A stretch of 61,921 nucleotides of DNA, the filler included, from Bipalium vagum (Eukaryota): assembly GCA_037834085.1 (NCBI GenBank). It is 3 parts of 3 records of this genome, joined end to end, with 100 filler letters (N's around TTAATTAATTAA, not from the genome) between each part and the next. Parts side by side here need not be neighbours in the genome. Positions count along the whole stretch, not along the records: positions 22,488 to 44,880 come from JBBMKC010221793.1; positions 44,981 to 61,921 come from JBBMKC010080599.1; 1 more part is not named here. One strand, given 5' to 3'. This document shows positions 38,301-50,685 of this stretch, piece by piece. The notes beneath the pieces were generated by a model. The model had not been told where the DNA came from. It saw only the letters and a list, made by a program, of their open reading frames with translations, and made no database searches. The position numbers and the translations under genes were made by a program. Every line of letters begins with the position of its first letter. Positions within the stretch are counted from its first letter, which is position 1.

Positions 38301-38504
38301 GCAATTAAATCAAGCGTGGTATAGTTTGTTTGGAATGAAGAAAGCAACGAATCAGAAGCAGGGTCAACTACAGCGGGACGATCATAAGAGATACCACAAG
38401 AACAACCAGAATTCAGACAATAAGCAAGGCAAGAAGAAAATCAGGAAGATGAACGAAGAAAAACTCAATCAGGACAAGGATCGAGGTCAACGAACGATTC
38501 GTGG

Positions 38505-38957
38505 ATGCCCAAGATGTTAATAATGGTTATGATGTTTTTGAATATGATGAGCAAATCGAATGCATTGGTAGGATACGATTGTATGAAGGCGAAAATGGGA
38601 AATATATATTCATTGTTAGATTTGGAAGGGTGCCCAGAAGCCTACTCGACGAATTTAACCAGCAGAGACGTAGAGAACCATATTTATAAGGAGACAGAAT
38701 TTAGAAAAGCAAACATGAAGGAGGGTATCGTGAAGAAGGCAACATTCGAGTACTATTGCGGATTTCACAGAAGAATAGCCTTCTTGGAAGCGAAATTGAT
38801 ACCAGTTCCCATGATTGTGAATTCGGAAAATTGCGAATCAGCCTTTGTAACAAGGAAAAGAATAAAAGAAGCAGGACTTATAGTAAATTCAGAGAAATAC
38901 CCATCTACTGAGAACAATTTCAATAGCGTTAGGACAAATATGTGGGAAGAACAATGA
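38505..38957 (+). pseudogene. N-terminal fragment of a chuvirus-type glycoprotein / env-like protein
   Basis: Signal peptide MPKMLIMVMMFLNMMSKSNA, then LVGYDC...YSLLDLEGC...EF...YYCGFH...VNSENC. The Cys/motif spacing resembles chuvirus-like glycoproteins (LIGYDC...SLLDV..C...CG.HSH...C). Confidence 0.7.
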
Positions 38958-39119
38958 GAAACTTGTCTGGACCGAAGCATGTAATTTGGCTTTCCAAGAA
39001 ATGAAAGAAGCACTAAGAAACCCAGTGTCAACATTTCCAGATATTAAAAAAATTTATCTTAGACACTAGACACAGAGAGACCATAGTGTAGAAAATTAAA
39101 ATATTGTATATAAGTATAG

Positions 39120-39210
39120 AAAAACTACATAAACTCGTAGAGAGATTACCTAAAATATGCGTCACCGTCATCAAAGCAGGTGGTTACATCAATGAAAATT
39201 AACTATTAGT
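39120..39210 (+). mobile_element. Tc1 C-terminal fragment
   Basis: KLVERLPKICVTVIKAGGYINEN*. Confidence 0.6.
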
Positions 39211-39449
39211 ATTTTGCGTGTTAAAATATTGTTAATATAATCTTAATAAAAAGTATTTTAATTTGCTGATGGTATGTCCGGAATTAGAGAAATTTCGTGT
39301 GCATACTATCATATTAGATATCATGGTGTCAAACTGGAGAAACGTAAACCAGATACATTAACTCAGTGTTAAGGGACAGTTGGAGAGAATTAGAACAGAG
39401 GGCCAATATTTCTATTGTGGATATGACAGGATCGTTGTCGGATGGGAGG

Positions 39450-39900
39450 GGGTGATTTAGAGGAAAAAGTTGAAAATAGCAAATCTATCAATGCAGAAAT
39501 AATCTGAACTTGGTGGAAGAGATTTGATTTGATTCCAGAAGGATTTGTTGAACAATTTTTGTAAGTTCATTGTGTCATTTTGAACTAAGAAAATATTCAA
39601 TTATTTAAAGGACCTATATTTCTGCCATCGATGTAGAACTCAATCAAAAAATGCTCAAAAATATGTATTATCTGTGCACAACGAAAAATAGATCAGATAC
39701 ACACAAAGTGATTTTGATTCCCCACAAGAATTTCACATATAATGGAACAGGTTTTAATTGATGTTACAGCGTTTGATGAACTTTTATTTTATTGTTGTCT
39801 TGATTTTCTGATATTAAAACAAACATGATTTCTTTGTGAAAATGCTAATTACGATGAGGTGACGTTGATCAGAAAACTATCGTAAATTTGATAAATTTAA
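39450..39900 (+). mobile_element. Gypsy integrase zinc-binding/core remnant
   Basis: LIPEGFVEQFL...H..TKKIFNYLKD...CIICAQRK...MEQVLIDV, with frameshifts. Confidence 0.6.
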
Positions 39901-40499
39901 TATTTTCATTTCATAAAGAAAAAGGAGCTGAGCATTTGGGTAGTATCAATTTGCTGAGAATTTGCTGAGGTAAAATTAGATAAATAAATGGAGTTTTAAA
40001 ACATAAACATTGTACAAGTGGGTTTTTTTTATAATCAATCTAATATAGAAAATATTTTTTTTATAGGTATTATAAATTTATTTTTATGATTAATAGCATA
40101 TATATAATAGCATAACAAGAACACTACTTTTAACCATTATACCTTCAAACAATGAAAGAGAAGTAAATTTAAAATGAAGCAATTTATGTCAGAAATGTTA
40201 AAAATTAGGATTTTTATACATAATTTCAAGGTAATTCATCTAAGTTGCCGACACGTCAATTTGTTGATTAAAGGTAACCAAAATAATATTAGGAGGACCG
40301 AGCTGAATTTCTCCAAGTGTGGTTCTTTGATTTCTGATTTAAATAATCTTTGATAATTCTTGATCTGAAAAACGAGATGAGTCTGATGGTGTAGGCAGAA
40401 AAAATCCGTGTCAGGTATTTCTTGATCATCGTAACCTAAATAATTCAGAATCGGAATTAATCTGTTAATTTGATGGAAATTAATGAGTTTTATTTTAAA

Positions 40500-40800
40500 G
40501 TGTAAAATAGATATAAATTGTTGAAAAGAATGATTCTGAAAGACTGTAAGATAACTGGGGCTAAGGCCAAGTTTTTTTTCAGGACCTCAACATGTCTTGG
40601 AATGAGTGTTCCAGGCCGACTCTTTAATCTGATACCAGTGTTAGTAAAGATGCAATCCGAACTCTAAATCGCCTCCAGGTATTTATTTTTCGATTAATTT
40701 TGACATTAAAGTTTTTCCCGTCAACGTGGGATGTCTTACGAAAAGCCCTCAAAAGAACTTAATTTTAAAAATTTTCGGAGTTTACACAATTATGAAAACA
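40500..40800 (-). mobile_element. LTR 3' end followed by a tRNA-Met-type primer binding site
   Basis: Reverse strand AATAAA...CTAACA-C-TGGTATCAGA (PBS at 40628-40637). Confidence 0.5.
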
Positions 40801-41559
40801 AATGACATTTTTAAAAAAGTTACAATTTCGGTAATATTTTATTGATTGTAATAACTTTTTACTTTGTTAATTTTTATATTTATTTTTCGGTGAATTAATG
40901 TTGATTTTCATTTATCAATAATTTTTAATTTGTGCAATATCGAATTATTAATTTAAGAATTTATTTTTAAAAAATTTAAAATAAAAAAACTTGCTTAAAA
41001 TTTATTGACGAAAAAAAGGTATTGTTGATTCATTTTGAACAACATTTTATAATAATCTGTTAATCGAAAAACTTTTGATTTCGCTTTTAAATGTTGTATC
41101 GTGTCTTTTGTATCAAAATCGCAGGATTTATTTCCTGTTTCACTTCACCATCAATTAATTTTCACTAAGTAAAATATAAAACATGATTTTTTGAGGAACT
41201 ATTCTTTATAATTTTACAAAACATTATTATTCAATTTCAAAATAAAATTCTCTTTAGATATCAGCCGATACTTTTCATTTTTCATCTTGTCTAGCGCATT
41301 TTTCGTTTTGTGACAAAAAATTGAACAGTGATTACCGCTATTTCCAAATTCAACCTTTTCATCTTGATTTCCTGTATTCTAATTGAAATCTAACTCGTAT
41401 GTATTCTCAATTTTTAGACATTTTAGTTTTATTTTCATATTTTCATATTGAATAATGAAAAAAGAATAAAAAAGAAGGAAAATATTTTTATATATTATTA
41501 CTGATTATTTAATATTGTAATAATAAAATAATAATACAATTTTATTAAAATTAGATGTC

Positions 41560-43675
41560 TTAAGAATCAAGAGTGTTTAAAAAATCAATGAATAGAATAA
41601 CAAAAATGTTTTAAAAGATAATTTGAACTATTTGATTGACTACAGCTGCTTGGCCGATGCCTCTTGATACTGGTTCTCTTTCGTTTGGTTGTAATTTATT
41701 GAAGTTGAGAACTGCAGATCTCATCAACAACATATAGAAACGTTCAAGGAAAGGGAGGAGAGGAGGAAAATAACAGACAATATATATAATGCTAGTCATT
41801 CAATCAAAGAAGGTACATCAGTAAGGTATGACCAGGGAATAGAACCAAAAGATTTTACTCCTGCGGCAGGGAAAGATACATTAGAAGAAGTCCATTGATG
41901 CAACAGAAATGACCATGAAGAGAAAGAATGTTTTACGAAAATTTGAGGACAGTATGTCACAGAGCCAAACAAAAATTGAACCTCAGAAACAACGATGCAG
42001 ATAATAGATATCGAAAGATGAGGAAAAATACTAAGTATGAAACTGGAGATAGGGTAAATATTATGAGCATGAAGGGATAAATCTAGTCAGATGTAATGAA
42101 AAATTACGATGTGCGAATGATAGCAAAATGAAGGTGAAAGGAACATTAGAATGACAAATTTTATAGTTGCGGATAAAATAACATCAAACATCATTGGCGG
42201 CATAGAGCTACAGAAAAAAATGGATTCGAGCTGATCATAGCTACCGTGGAGGATGAAAGCTTTCACACATGCAATATCGAAGCAAAACTTTGAAGAAAAG
42301 TACACAAGAAAGAGAGTTTTTGAAAAGCTTGACATCTCTAAATGTGGCAGAGGGATCTAAAATGGGTGAAGTAATAAGAAAAACTGCAGAAACTGCTTTA
42401 TCGAAGATATTAAAGTAAATCATTCCAAACAAAAATATATGGTAAAATATTCAGATTACGGATAGCCTACAAGGACATTACACGATCACTTAAAAAAAAA
42501 TCTATCACACCACAGTTTTAGAATTGGATGAATTAAACTAGAATACTAACAGGGAGCCAGTCAACTGAATGCAGAGAGTTAAAATGTGGAATGTGTTCGC
42601 ACTAACAAATGGTACACGAAGAAGCAAAGACAGAAAAGATAGAGAATGGTAATGATAATAACGACAAAGTAAGACCACAAATGACAGCATGATAGCGAGA
42701 AAATTAGACAAACAAAAGAAAGAGTTTTAAAAGGACAAGATTCAAAATTCATCGTATTGAACAACGTTGTTCTTAATAGTAACGGACGAATATGGACACC
42801 AAAAGATAGATGTGAAGAAATGATCGAAGAGACGCATAAACAACTGTGCCATGTTGGAATAGAAAAACCGTTGAGATATCTACAAAATAGATGCAAAATG
42901 GTCGAAATGAGTACCAGAGTAAGGACAGAGTTGCTGGGTATGCCAAGGGACCAAATCAGTGACGACTAGAAACCACACGAGAAGATATTCATCGACATGT
43001 AGTCCGCTAAAAGAAACGCGATGTCAGAATAACTTCATGGTTGGAATTTTCGACAAATTTAGAAAATACATTTCTGTAACAATAGTGGCCAGAGAGGTTG
43101 AGGACACAATATGGTACACAATTTGAGATAAATGATTATCGGGTTTCGAAGAAACAAAAGAAATCCATGTGGATTGCGGCAGATCATTTGAATTAAGAAA
43201 GAATTCGCACCACGAGGAATCTTTATGTCCAGTCCATATCTCCACCAAAAGAATGGGGTAATAGAAAGATAATTTCGAACAGTTTTTGAATACTTGAACT
43301 AAGCAATGAAAGAAAGAAAAATTATCGATTGGGCTAGTATATTCCCTGAAGTCGAGTTTGTATTAAATGCAACGTTGCAGAAGACAATGGAAATTAGTCC
43401 AAACTAGATCGTGTTGGGAAGAGGAATCAATAGAGACAGATGGATTGGAATCTAGAGAAGCCATGGGAGAAAAAGAAGAAAATTCGCCATCAATAAATAA
43501 GTACTGGTTATGATCGAAAATAAAACGAATAACGGTGACAGATTCGAGGGTTCATACCACGCCACTAACTAACTACACTAACTACAAAATTAAAAATAAA
43601 AAATGATTCCAAGAAATGTGGAAAACATTAAGAAATTTTAAGAATTAATTAAGAAACAGAGGGAATTGAGGATTA
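41560..43675 (+). mobile_element. Decayed, internally deleted Gypsy element (gag/pol remnants, integrase)
   Basis: IWTPKDRCEEMIEETHKQLCHVGIEK; KPHEKIFID; IHVDCGRSF; NGVIER*FRT; DWASIFPEVEFVLNAT...ISP; DRFEGSY; purine tract near 43655-43664. Confidence 0.82.
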
Positions 43676-44645
43676 CAAATAATATTTAATAATCAATTTA
43701 AAATTATTTTTTGTTGATTAAATGATACGGATGTTGGAAAATAATTTGCTTTTAAATACACTTTGAAATCGTCTTTAATTGTTTTGATTTTAGATATCAA
43801 AAGTGAAATTGCCGTAGGTTACACAGTAAAAAAGGATACAGTATAGTCAAAAATGGTATATTTCCAATTTATTATGCCATAATTGTTAAAAATAAAAAAA
43901 TGTAATACAATTTAAAATAATTGATGATAAACACGAATTAGTTGATTTTAATAATGAAGAAATTAGTTTGACAATTCAACTCAAACAAGTAAATGTCTGA
44001 ATGATAATATAGAAAAAAATTAATCATCATAAAAATTAACCTTCAATTTTTTAAATATTGACAATCGGATAATAATAATTTGATTAAAATTTCTTAAACT
44101 TTTTTCTTGCAACTCGCTTTTCAATATATTAAAAAATTTTCGATTACAGTTTATCTAAAGATGTTTATGAATTGTTTAAAGAGAAAATAAAATTTCAAGA
44201 AAATATTATGAATTTAAATATCCAAATGAAACAAATCGACATAATGGAAATGTATTTTACATGAGGTAAACATAACAAATGCTCTATTATTTATTTATCA
44301 CAATTTTTTTATTTACTCTTAAGAAGCAAAAGAAATTATTCAAATTTGTTAATATTTATAAAAAAACTTGGATTGGATTCTTCTTTATATGTTTTCATAA
44401 AGATTTTAAATCTTACATGTTGGAATGATCACCCACTGCTCCTCCGAATTCTTCTACTGTGCCTCAATATTTGTCGACCTACACATAGCAACTCTGGCTT
44501 TCAGATCAGTCGACAATGTCTCAATAATATTCAAATATAAAGCTAACATCAGCATGTATCTAATTAAAGTATTTCAAATCAAAAAACTTCTACTTAAAAC
44601 CATAATCTAATATTATGTTAATTCTTATATGGTGGCCTTGTGGAG

Positions 44646-44830
44646 ACTACGAGGAGTTCAATCATCTGGAGTCCAACTACGAGGAGTTCAATCATCTGGA
44701 GTCCAATCATCAAAGCCATCCTAAAACTTTATTGAGTGCATCAATCAACTTTATACTTTATTGAGTGCATTAATCCCATTTGTGATCCCAAAACTTTATT
44801 GTGTGCATGAGTATTGTGTGCATGAGTACG
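44646..44830. repeat. Cluster of short tandem repeats
   Basis: Perfect 30-mer x2 (44646-44705), ACTTTATTG(A/T)GTGCAT-like x3 and ATTGTGTGCATGAGT x2. Confidence 0.85.
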
Positions 44831-44880
44831 CAATAAAAAACTTTTTATTGACTATCAGTTGTAATTTTTATAAAACTTTA

Positions 44881-44980
44881 NNNNNNNNNNNNNNNNNNNN
44901 NNNNNNNNNNNNNNNNNNNNNNNNTTAATTAATTAANNNNNNNNNNNNNNNNNNNNNNNNNNNNNNNNNNNNNNNNNNNN
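44881..44980. other. Artificial contig linker (44N-TTAATTAATTAA-44N)
   Basis: Identical to 22388-22487. Confidence 0.98.
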
Positions 44981-45200
44981 GGTTTGAAAATAATGAAGAC
45001 CTTCAGAAGAACTTCCAACTTTTCTTCGACTCCAAACCATCGGATTGGTACAAAAGTGGGATCCAAAAAATTGCAGAACGTTGGGACCTTGTTTGTGCAA
45101 ATGATGGATATTATTTTAGAAACTAATATTTGTTTTGTACAATAAAATTTTTAAAAAGAATTTTTTATTCAAAACGCTCATTTTTTATGGGACACCCTAA
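44981..45200 (+). mobile_element. Mariner C-terminus and TIR, truncated by the contig edge
   Basis: FENNEDLQKNFQLFFDSKPSDWYKSGIQKIAERWDLVCANDGYYFRN*; TTATGGGACACCCTAA-TA. Confidence 0.88.
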
Positions 45201-46649
45201 TAATAATAATAATAATTTTTATTATTTTTATTTATACAAGTTATGATCAGATTTTTTTTTCATTTTAATTAATGACATTGATTTCTTATGTTACAAAAAA
45301 GCAAAAAATTTAAAAATGCAAATTTCCCAATGAGCATTATAAAATATAAAAATATTCTTTAAAACTTTATTTTTATCAATGTTAATAAAATTTAAATCAA
45401 ATAGCAATTAAATAAATTAAGAATTTCAGAACTTCAAAAAGTTTCAATTTTTCCTCAGCAGTTATTTTTGTAAAAAAATAATTATTTGTGGTAAGCAAGC
45501 AACAAAATATATTTTTTATTACGAAAAATATTTTGTATAAAGAAAAAACTTATTCAGAAATTCTAATTTTTAATAAATTAATTGCCTAATAATGAACTCT
45601 TATTAATCCTCTAAATCACTAATTAATTGAAAACTAAATAATTATCCAATAATCAATTTATTAAAAAAATAAAAAAATATTATTTAAGTTTTTCATATTT
45701 TTATTCCCATTTTATTATGTTCTTAAAACACTGATTTTTATTCAGAATAAAAATATTCACTTATTCCTTATACAGCTGGAATAAATTTTTTAATCTATGA
45801 ATAGTGCCTGTCTTGTAGTCATTAGAAAAAAAAGTGTATATTAAGAAAGTTTATTGAGTTTATTGAGAGAATTTTGAAATGAATTTTTTCTACGCAATTT
45901 TAAAAGTTTTTTCCAAAAATATATTCTACAAGGATAAAATTTGATTTTAGCTTATCCAGACAAAATCTGATATAAAAACTCGGAATAAATATAAAACTAA
46001 TGTGGTAATAAATCTCCAGTTAATCAGTTTATTCTTAACTGATATGAATAGCTTATTGGAAACGGGAATACACAAAAACAAAAGAAATTATAGAACACCA
46101 ATAATATTTAATGAGGACATTTAAAATTTCCTATATAGATTTTCTTATAGCCCGAAAAATTAATCCTTATTTCAACTGCGCAATGTAAAAAACCAAAATA
46201 AATATTTAACAAAGTTCTCAATGATAATCTGAAGTTTTATTCATATAAAATTAAAAAAATGGAGGCATTCAAATTGATAATATTTTAAAATAAATGAATT
46301 TTTTTTATTAAAAACTTGAAAATATTAAAAAAACAATTTATTTCTCAATCAAATTTAATTTAGCGATGGGGAAATTATTAGCAGGCATAATGCAAGAATT
46401 ATTATTAAAGTTATTATAATAAAGTAAAGTGGAATTATTTTAAAAACTTTTATTAAGAATTTTTTACAACATCAATAAAAAAATTGGAATAACAATTTAG
46501 AATAATAAAATCAATTATATTAATTTTATTATTTATAATCAAAAACAAAAAAGAAAAGATAGAAAAATGGTGATGGTTTGTAAAAGAAATATTTATGATT
46601 TATTTATTTTATATTTAGATAAAATTGTGGGAAAAAATAAAAAATTAAA

Positions 46650-47797
46650 ACAATTTGAACGACTTAAAAAAACTTTGGATAATGGCATCTTATGGGTGAA
46701 AATAGATTATAGAATAGATTATATAAATATATAAATAGATTATAGACTATTGAGGAAATATTAAACACACTTAATCAACCTTTGTTGACCATCCAAGAAC
46801 ATTTGTATCAGATAGGCAAAGTAAGCAAAGCAAATATTTGGGTACCTCATTAACTGTTCAAAAGTAATACAGTTAATCGAATGAATACATATCAGTTATT
46901 GTTTCAACGAAAAAGTACAGGGACGTATTTTGGTTGTCTGATCGCAGCAGACGAAAATGGATCTTATTTGATAATTATATGCGAAAAAGGTCGAGGTTTC
47001 CTTGAATGACTTTCCACAATATACTGATAAACCAGGTTTACAAACCGAAATTGTAGTTTTGTGCGTTTGATGGGGCATTTGCGAAATCGTTCACTTTTAA
47101 CTACTGGAACGCGGACAAATTGTGAATACAGACTTTTACTGCAAAATAATTGAATAGAGTAAATTAATATTTACTCAAAAAGTGTCCAGCAATTGTTAAA
47201 AAGGAGTTATTTTGCAAAAAGACAATACAAGACCGCGCTATGAAAGATGAACATAATGAATAGCACCAGCTTCTCCAGAAATCGATTCGAAAATAAGAGA
47301 ATGGCGAGTTTTAAAACGTTGGATCTAACTCATTGTACAAGTCAAATCTTGAATCTTTAGGTATTTGGCAATTTGATCAGATTTTTCAATAAGTAATACA
47401 CTGCTTATGGCTGTCTTTTTAGATCGTTGCAGCAAATACCAATCCCTTAACTGAATATCTAAATCATAATAAAAAGATTGTTTCAGTTTCTTGGTTGATC
47501 AAGGCCTCGCTAAAAAACTTGCCGTTGATCAAGAACATGAATAAGCCAAATGTCGTTTCAAAAATGTTGTCCAGATACGAGATTTTGTCAAGAATTATCA
47601 TGCGTCAAAACCAACACCTTTCTATCGCTCCGGGATTCGGCAATTACCTGAAAGATGGCAAAAAGTGATTTCCAATAATGGATATTATGTTGATGTCTGA
47701 TTTTTTGAATCACTGTCGTATAAAAATAAATATATTATCCTTTTAATAACATTTAATTTTTTTAAAAAATGGACTAAAACTTATGCCTACACCTAAT
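46650..47797 (+). mobile_element. Decayed mariner with right TIR
   Basis: IWVPH, DEKW-like motif, ILQKDNTRP, SKPTPFYRSGIRQLPERWQKVISNNGYY; AACTTATGCCTACACCTAA-TA. Confidence 0.88.
47255..47520 (-). mobile_element. Pogo/Tigger (CENP-B HTH) fragment inside the mariner
   Basis: Reverse strand AISSVLLIEKSDQIAKYLKIQDLTCTMS*IQRFKTRHSLIFESISGEAG. Confidence 0.75.
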
Positions 47798-50685
47798 ATT
47801 TTCCAGGACTACATAATGATATATAATAATATAATAGATCTATAAGAGGACTTTTCATAATGTAACTTTTATCTATATTTATGTTTATTCGTAATTATTT
47901 TTTAGTAGTTATTTTCTGCAGTGCTGATCTCTTTGAAGACTTTCTATTGATGGAAATGAAAATTTTTAATATGTTTAAGAATACTGTTATCTTATATAAC
48001 AATCTCTAATGACTCTTCAAGTATCAAGATTATTATTTAAAAAGAAATTAGAAGATAAGTAACACTTCAAAGCTATTCAAAAAATACGATTCATCCGCCC
48101 AGCTTCCCACATATCTTGAACCAAGAATTTCCTTCCAAGAACGACCTACGCAATATGGCATTTGAAAAATGTTACCAATTTTAATATGACAGCACTTTTT
48201 TCTTTGGTACTTTCTTTTTGTCAGTCCATCAAACCATTCGACTATTTTCATTATCTTTACCATCTTTCTCATTAATTTCGTCTTTTATATCAGTTTCCTA
48301 TGTTGCAAACATATAGAAATTACTGAAATCCCTTTATCCGTGGAAGAATATTTAGAAAATCTGTCAAAGAATAATATTTTTTTTCATTATATTTAGTGTA
48401 AGAGATTTCATTAAGAATTTTCCGTTGTTTTATCATTATTGATGAATTAAAACAAAATAAATAATTTTCTTATTATTTCAAAATAATTAGCAGCAATGAA
48501 AATCTTTAAGTCATTTCAACAATTTTTATAAATAATTCTTTATCATTATTTTTTCTCTCTTTTCTCGTTTGTAATTGTCAATTTTATTTTTTTTTACAAA
48601 AAAATATTCTAGTAACATCCCTGTAAATCAATATCACTAAGGGGCACTTTCGATCTTAAATGTCAGTAAATAATTTTATCACCTTTCAAAATTTATACTG
48701 CCTACACCAAAATTAATTAAGACTACATAAACAATAATTTAATTAAGACATAAGAACAATTTTGGTAATGTAAATATTTTTGAGAATTTTTAAGGGATTT
48801 TAATTAACAGTGCTATATTTACATTAATAAAATTTTGTCTGATAAAATAATTTGAAAGTTATGAAAGAAGATAAAATATATTAATATTAATATTAAATAA
48901 AATAATAATAATTAAAAAAAAAAATAATAATAAAAAGAAAAAAAATTTATATAATAATAATAATGAAAATTTAATCATTGTAATAATTTACTTATTTTTG
49001 CAGTCGAATGTTTGATTTCTTCCATTTAATAAGCTACTATGTGCGCGTTGTATATATGTATATATATATATTACGATATTTTATAATTCATTTTTGTCTC
49101 CTGCGTAATACGTTAAATGAAATTAATGAATTCTGTCACTTACAAATATTCCCCTTAGGAAATGTTGAGAATGCAACAATCATAAACATTTGGAAAGTAA
49201 ATTAAATATTTAAAATAAGAAAAAATTATAAATGTATATTAATAACTTTATTTCTAAAAACCATAAATACGTACACTCGTTACTTAAAAAAAATCCTCTG
49301 ATTAGTGAAAATATATTATATTTTTATTCGTAAGGCTTTTTATATATTATTATTTTTGAATATTTTTATTTATATCTTTAAACTTCTAGTCAATTAAATA
49401 TATTTTTATAATAAACAAAAAGGAATTAATAAAAATATCCAACATGAATATATTATTAATATATACTCAGAATTCCCATCTCACATTAATGTTGATTTAT
49501 GGCTTAGAGTGATCTGTGGCCAAGAGCCAAATTTTTAAATGTTTCCTGGGCATTCTTATGAATTCTGAAATAATTTTATTAATAATTCTCATTTCACCAA
49601 TCAATCTTTATTTATAATTTTTTCAAACCGCCAAAAATTCAATTATAACTCATTACATTATAATAATTGAAAAGTTACTATTTTGGAAAATTTTCAACTA
49701 ATTAAAAATATTTCTTTGCAAATCAGAATATCAGAAATTAGGCAAATTATAAAAGTAATGAAATATCGCGTGTCGTGCTCAGTGATAATTAAAAATTAAT
49801 AAATTCGATAACAAGTACTTTCATGAATACTTTTGTTTCAATAACACGTAGTTTCAAACAAATATGGCCTTTCAATTCCTGTAAAACTCATTTTATTATT
49901 TATAATAAGCATACTCACTAAAGACCTGACTCCACAATTTTTTATAAATACAAATAATATAAATAAATTTTTATAAATATATCGAATACCCCTAAGACGA
50001 GTGCCCTCTACTGTAACCTAAAAAGACGAATAGTATCACTGATCCTATTTTTATAGTATCATGACAAACGTTTTTTAGTGATACCATTTGGTTTAGTGAT
50101 ACTAATAACAAAGAAAGATAAAAAAGAAAATAAATTCAGCAAAAATCCTTAAAGTGCTGAAAAAAATTTCAAATTCAATAATATCAGTACTTAGAAGTAT
50201 AAATAATTAAAAACCACACCAAAGCATAACTATTGTAATAATAAGTAAACCAACATTTGTAAAAGCATTAATAGTTTTTGTTAAGGAAAAATCATTAACC
50301 TGAAACTAATTTGTGAAAGGACTGTACCATTTGTAAAATTGAATTCTGAAAGGTTTATCAATTAATTGAACTAAATAAAACAACAGTGATCCTTTAAAAT
50401 TATTTTGTGTAACACAATGTTTAAATTTGTTACGAGACGTAAATTAAATAAGGTGGCATTCAAACAGTGATAAAAATGATAACTTGATTTTAATTTTAAG
50501 GATAGAGTACTCTTCGGTACTTCTGAAATGAAAATGACCCATGTAGTATCACAATCGAATCTGACAAGTTTTATATATTATGGATGTCAGAGAATAAGAA
50601 AAGAGATTTTTAAAACGAGATTAATTAGATTAAAAATTATATTCTGGCCTTGACGATAATTAATAATGTAATGTTAAAACTAATA

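Noticed and set aside
44646-44705. 30-bp direct repeats resembling a CRISPR array
   Set aside because: Repeats are head-to-tail with no spacers, there are no cas genes, and the context is eukaryotic.
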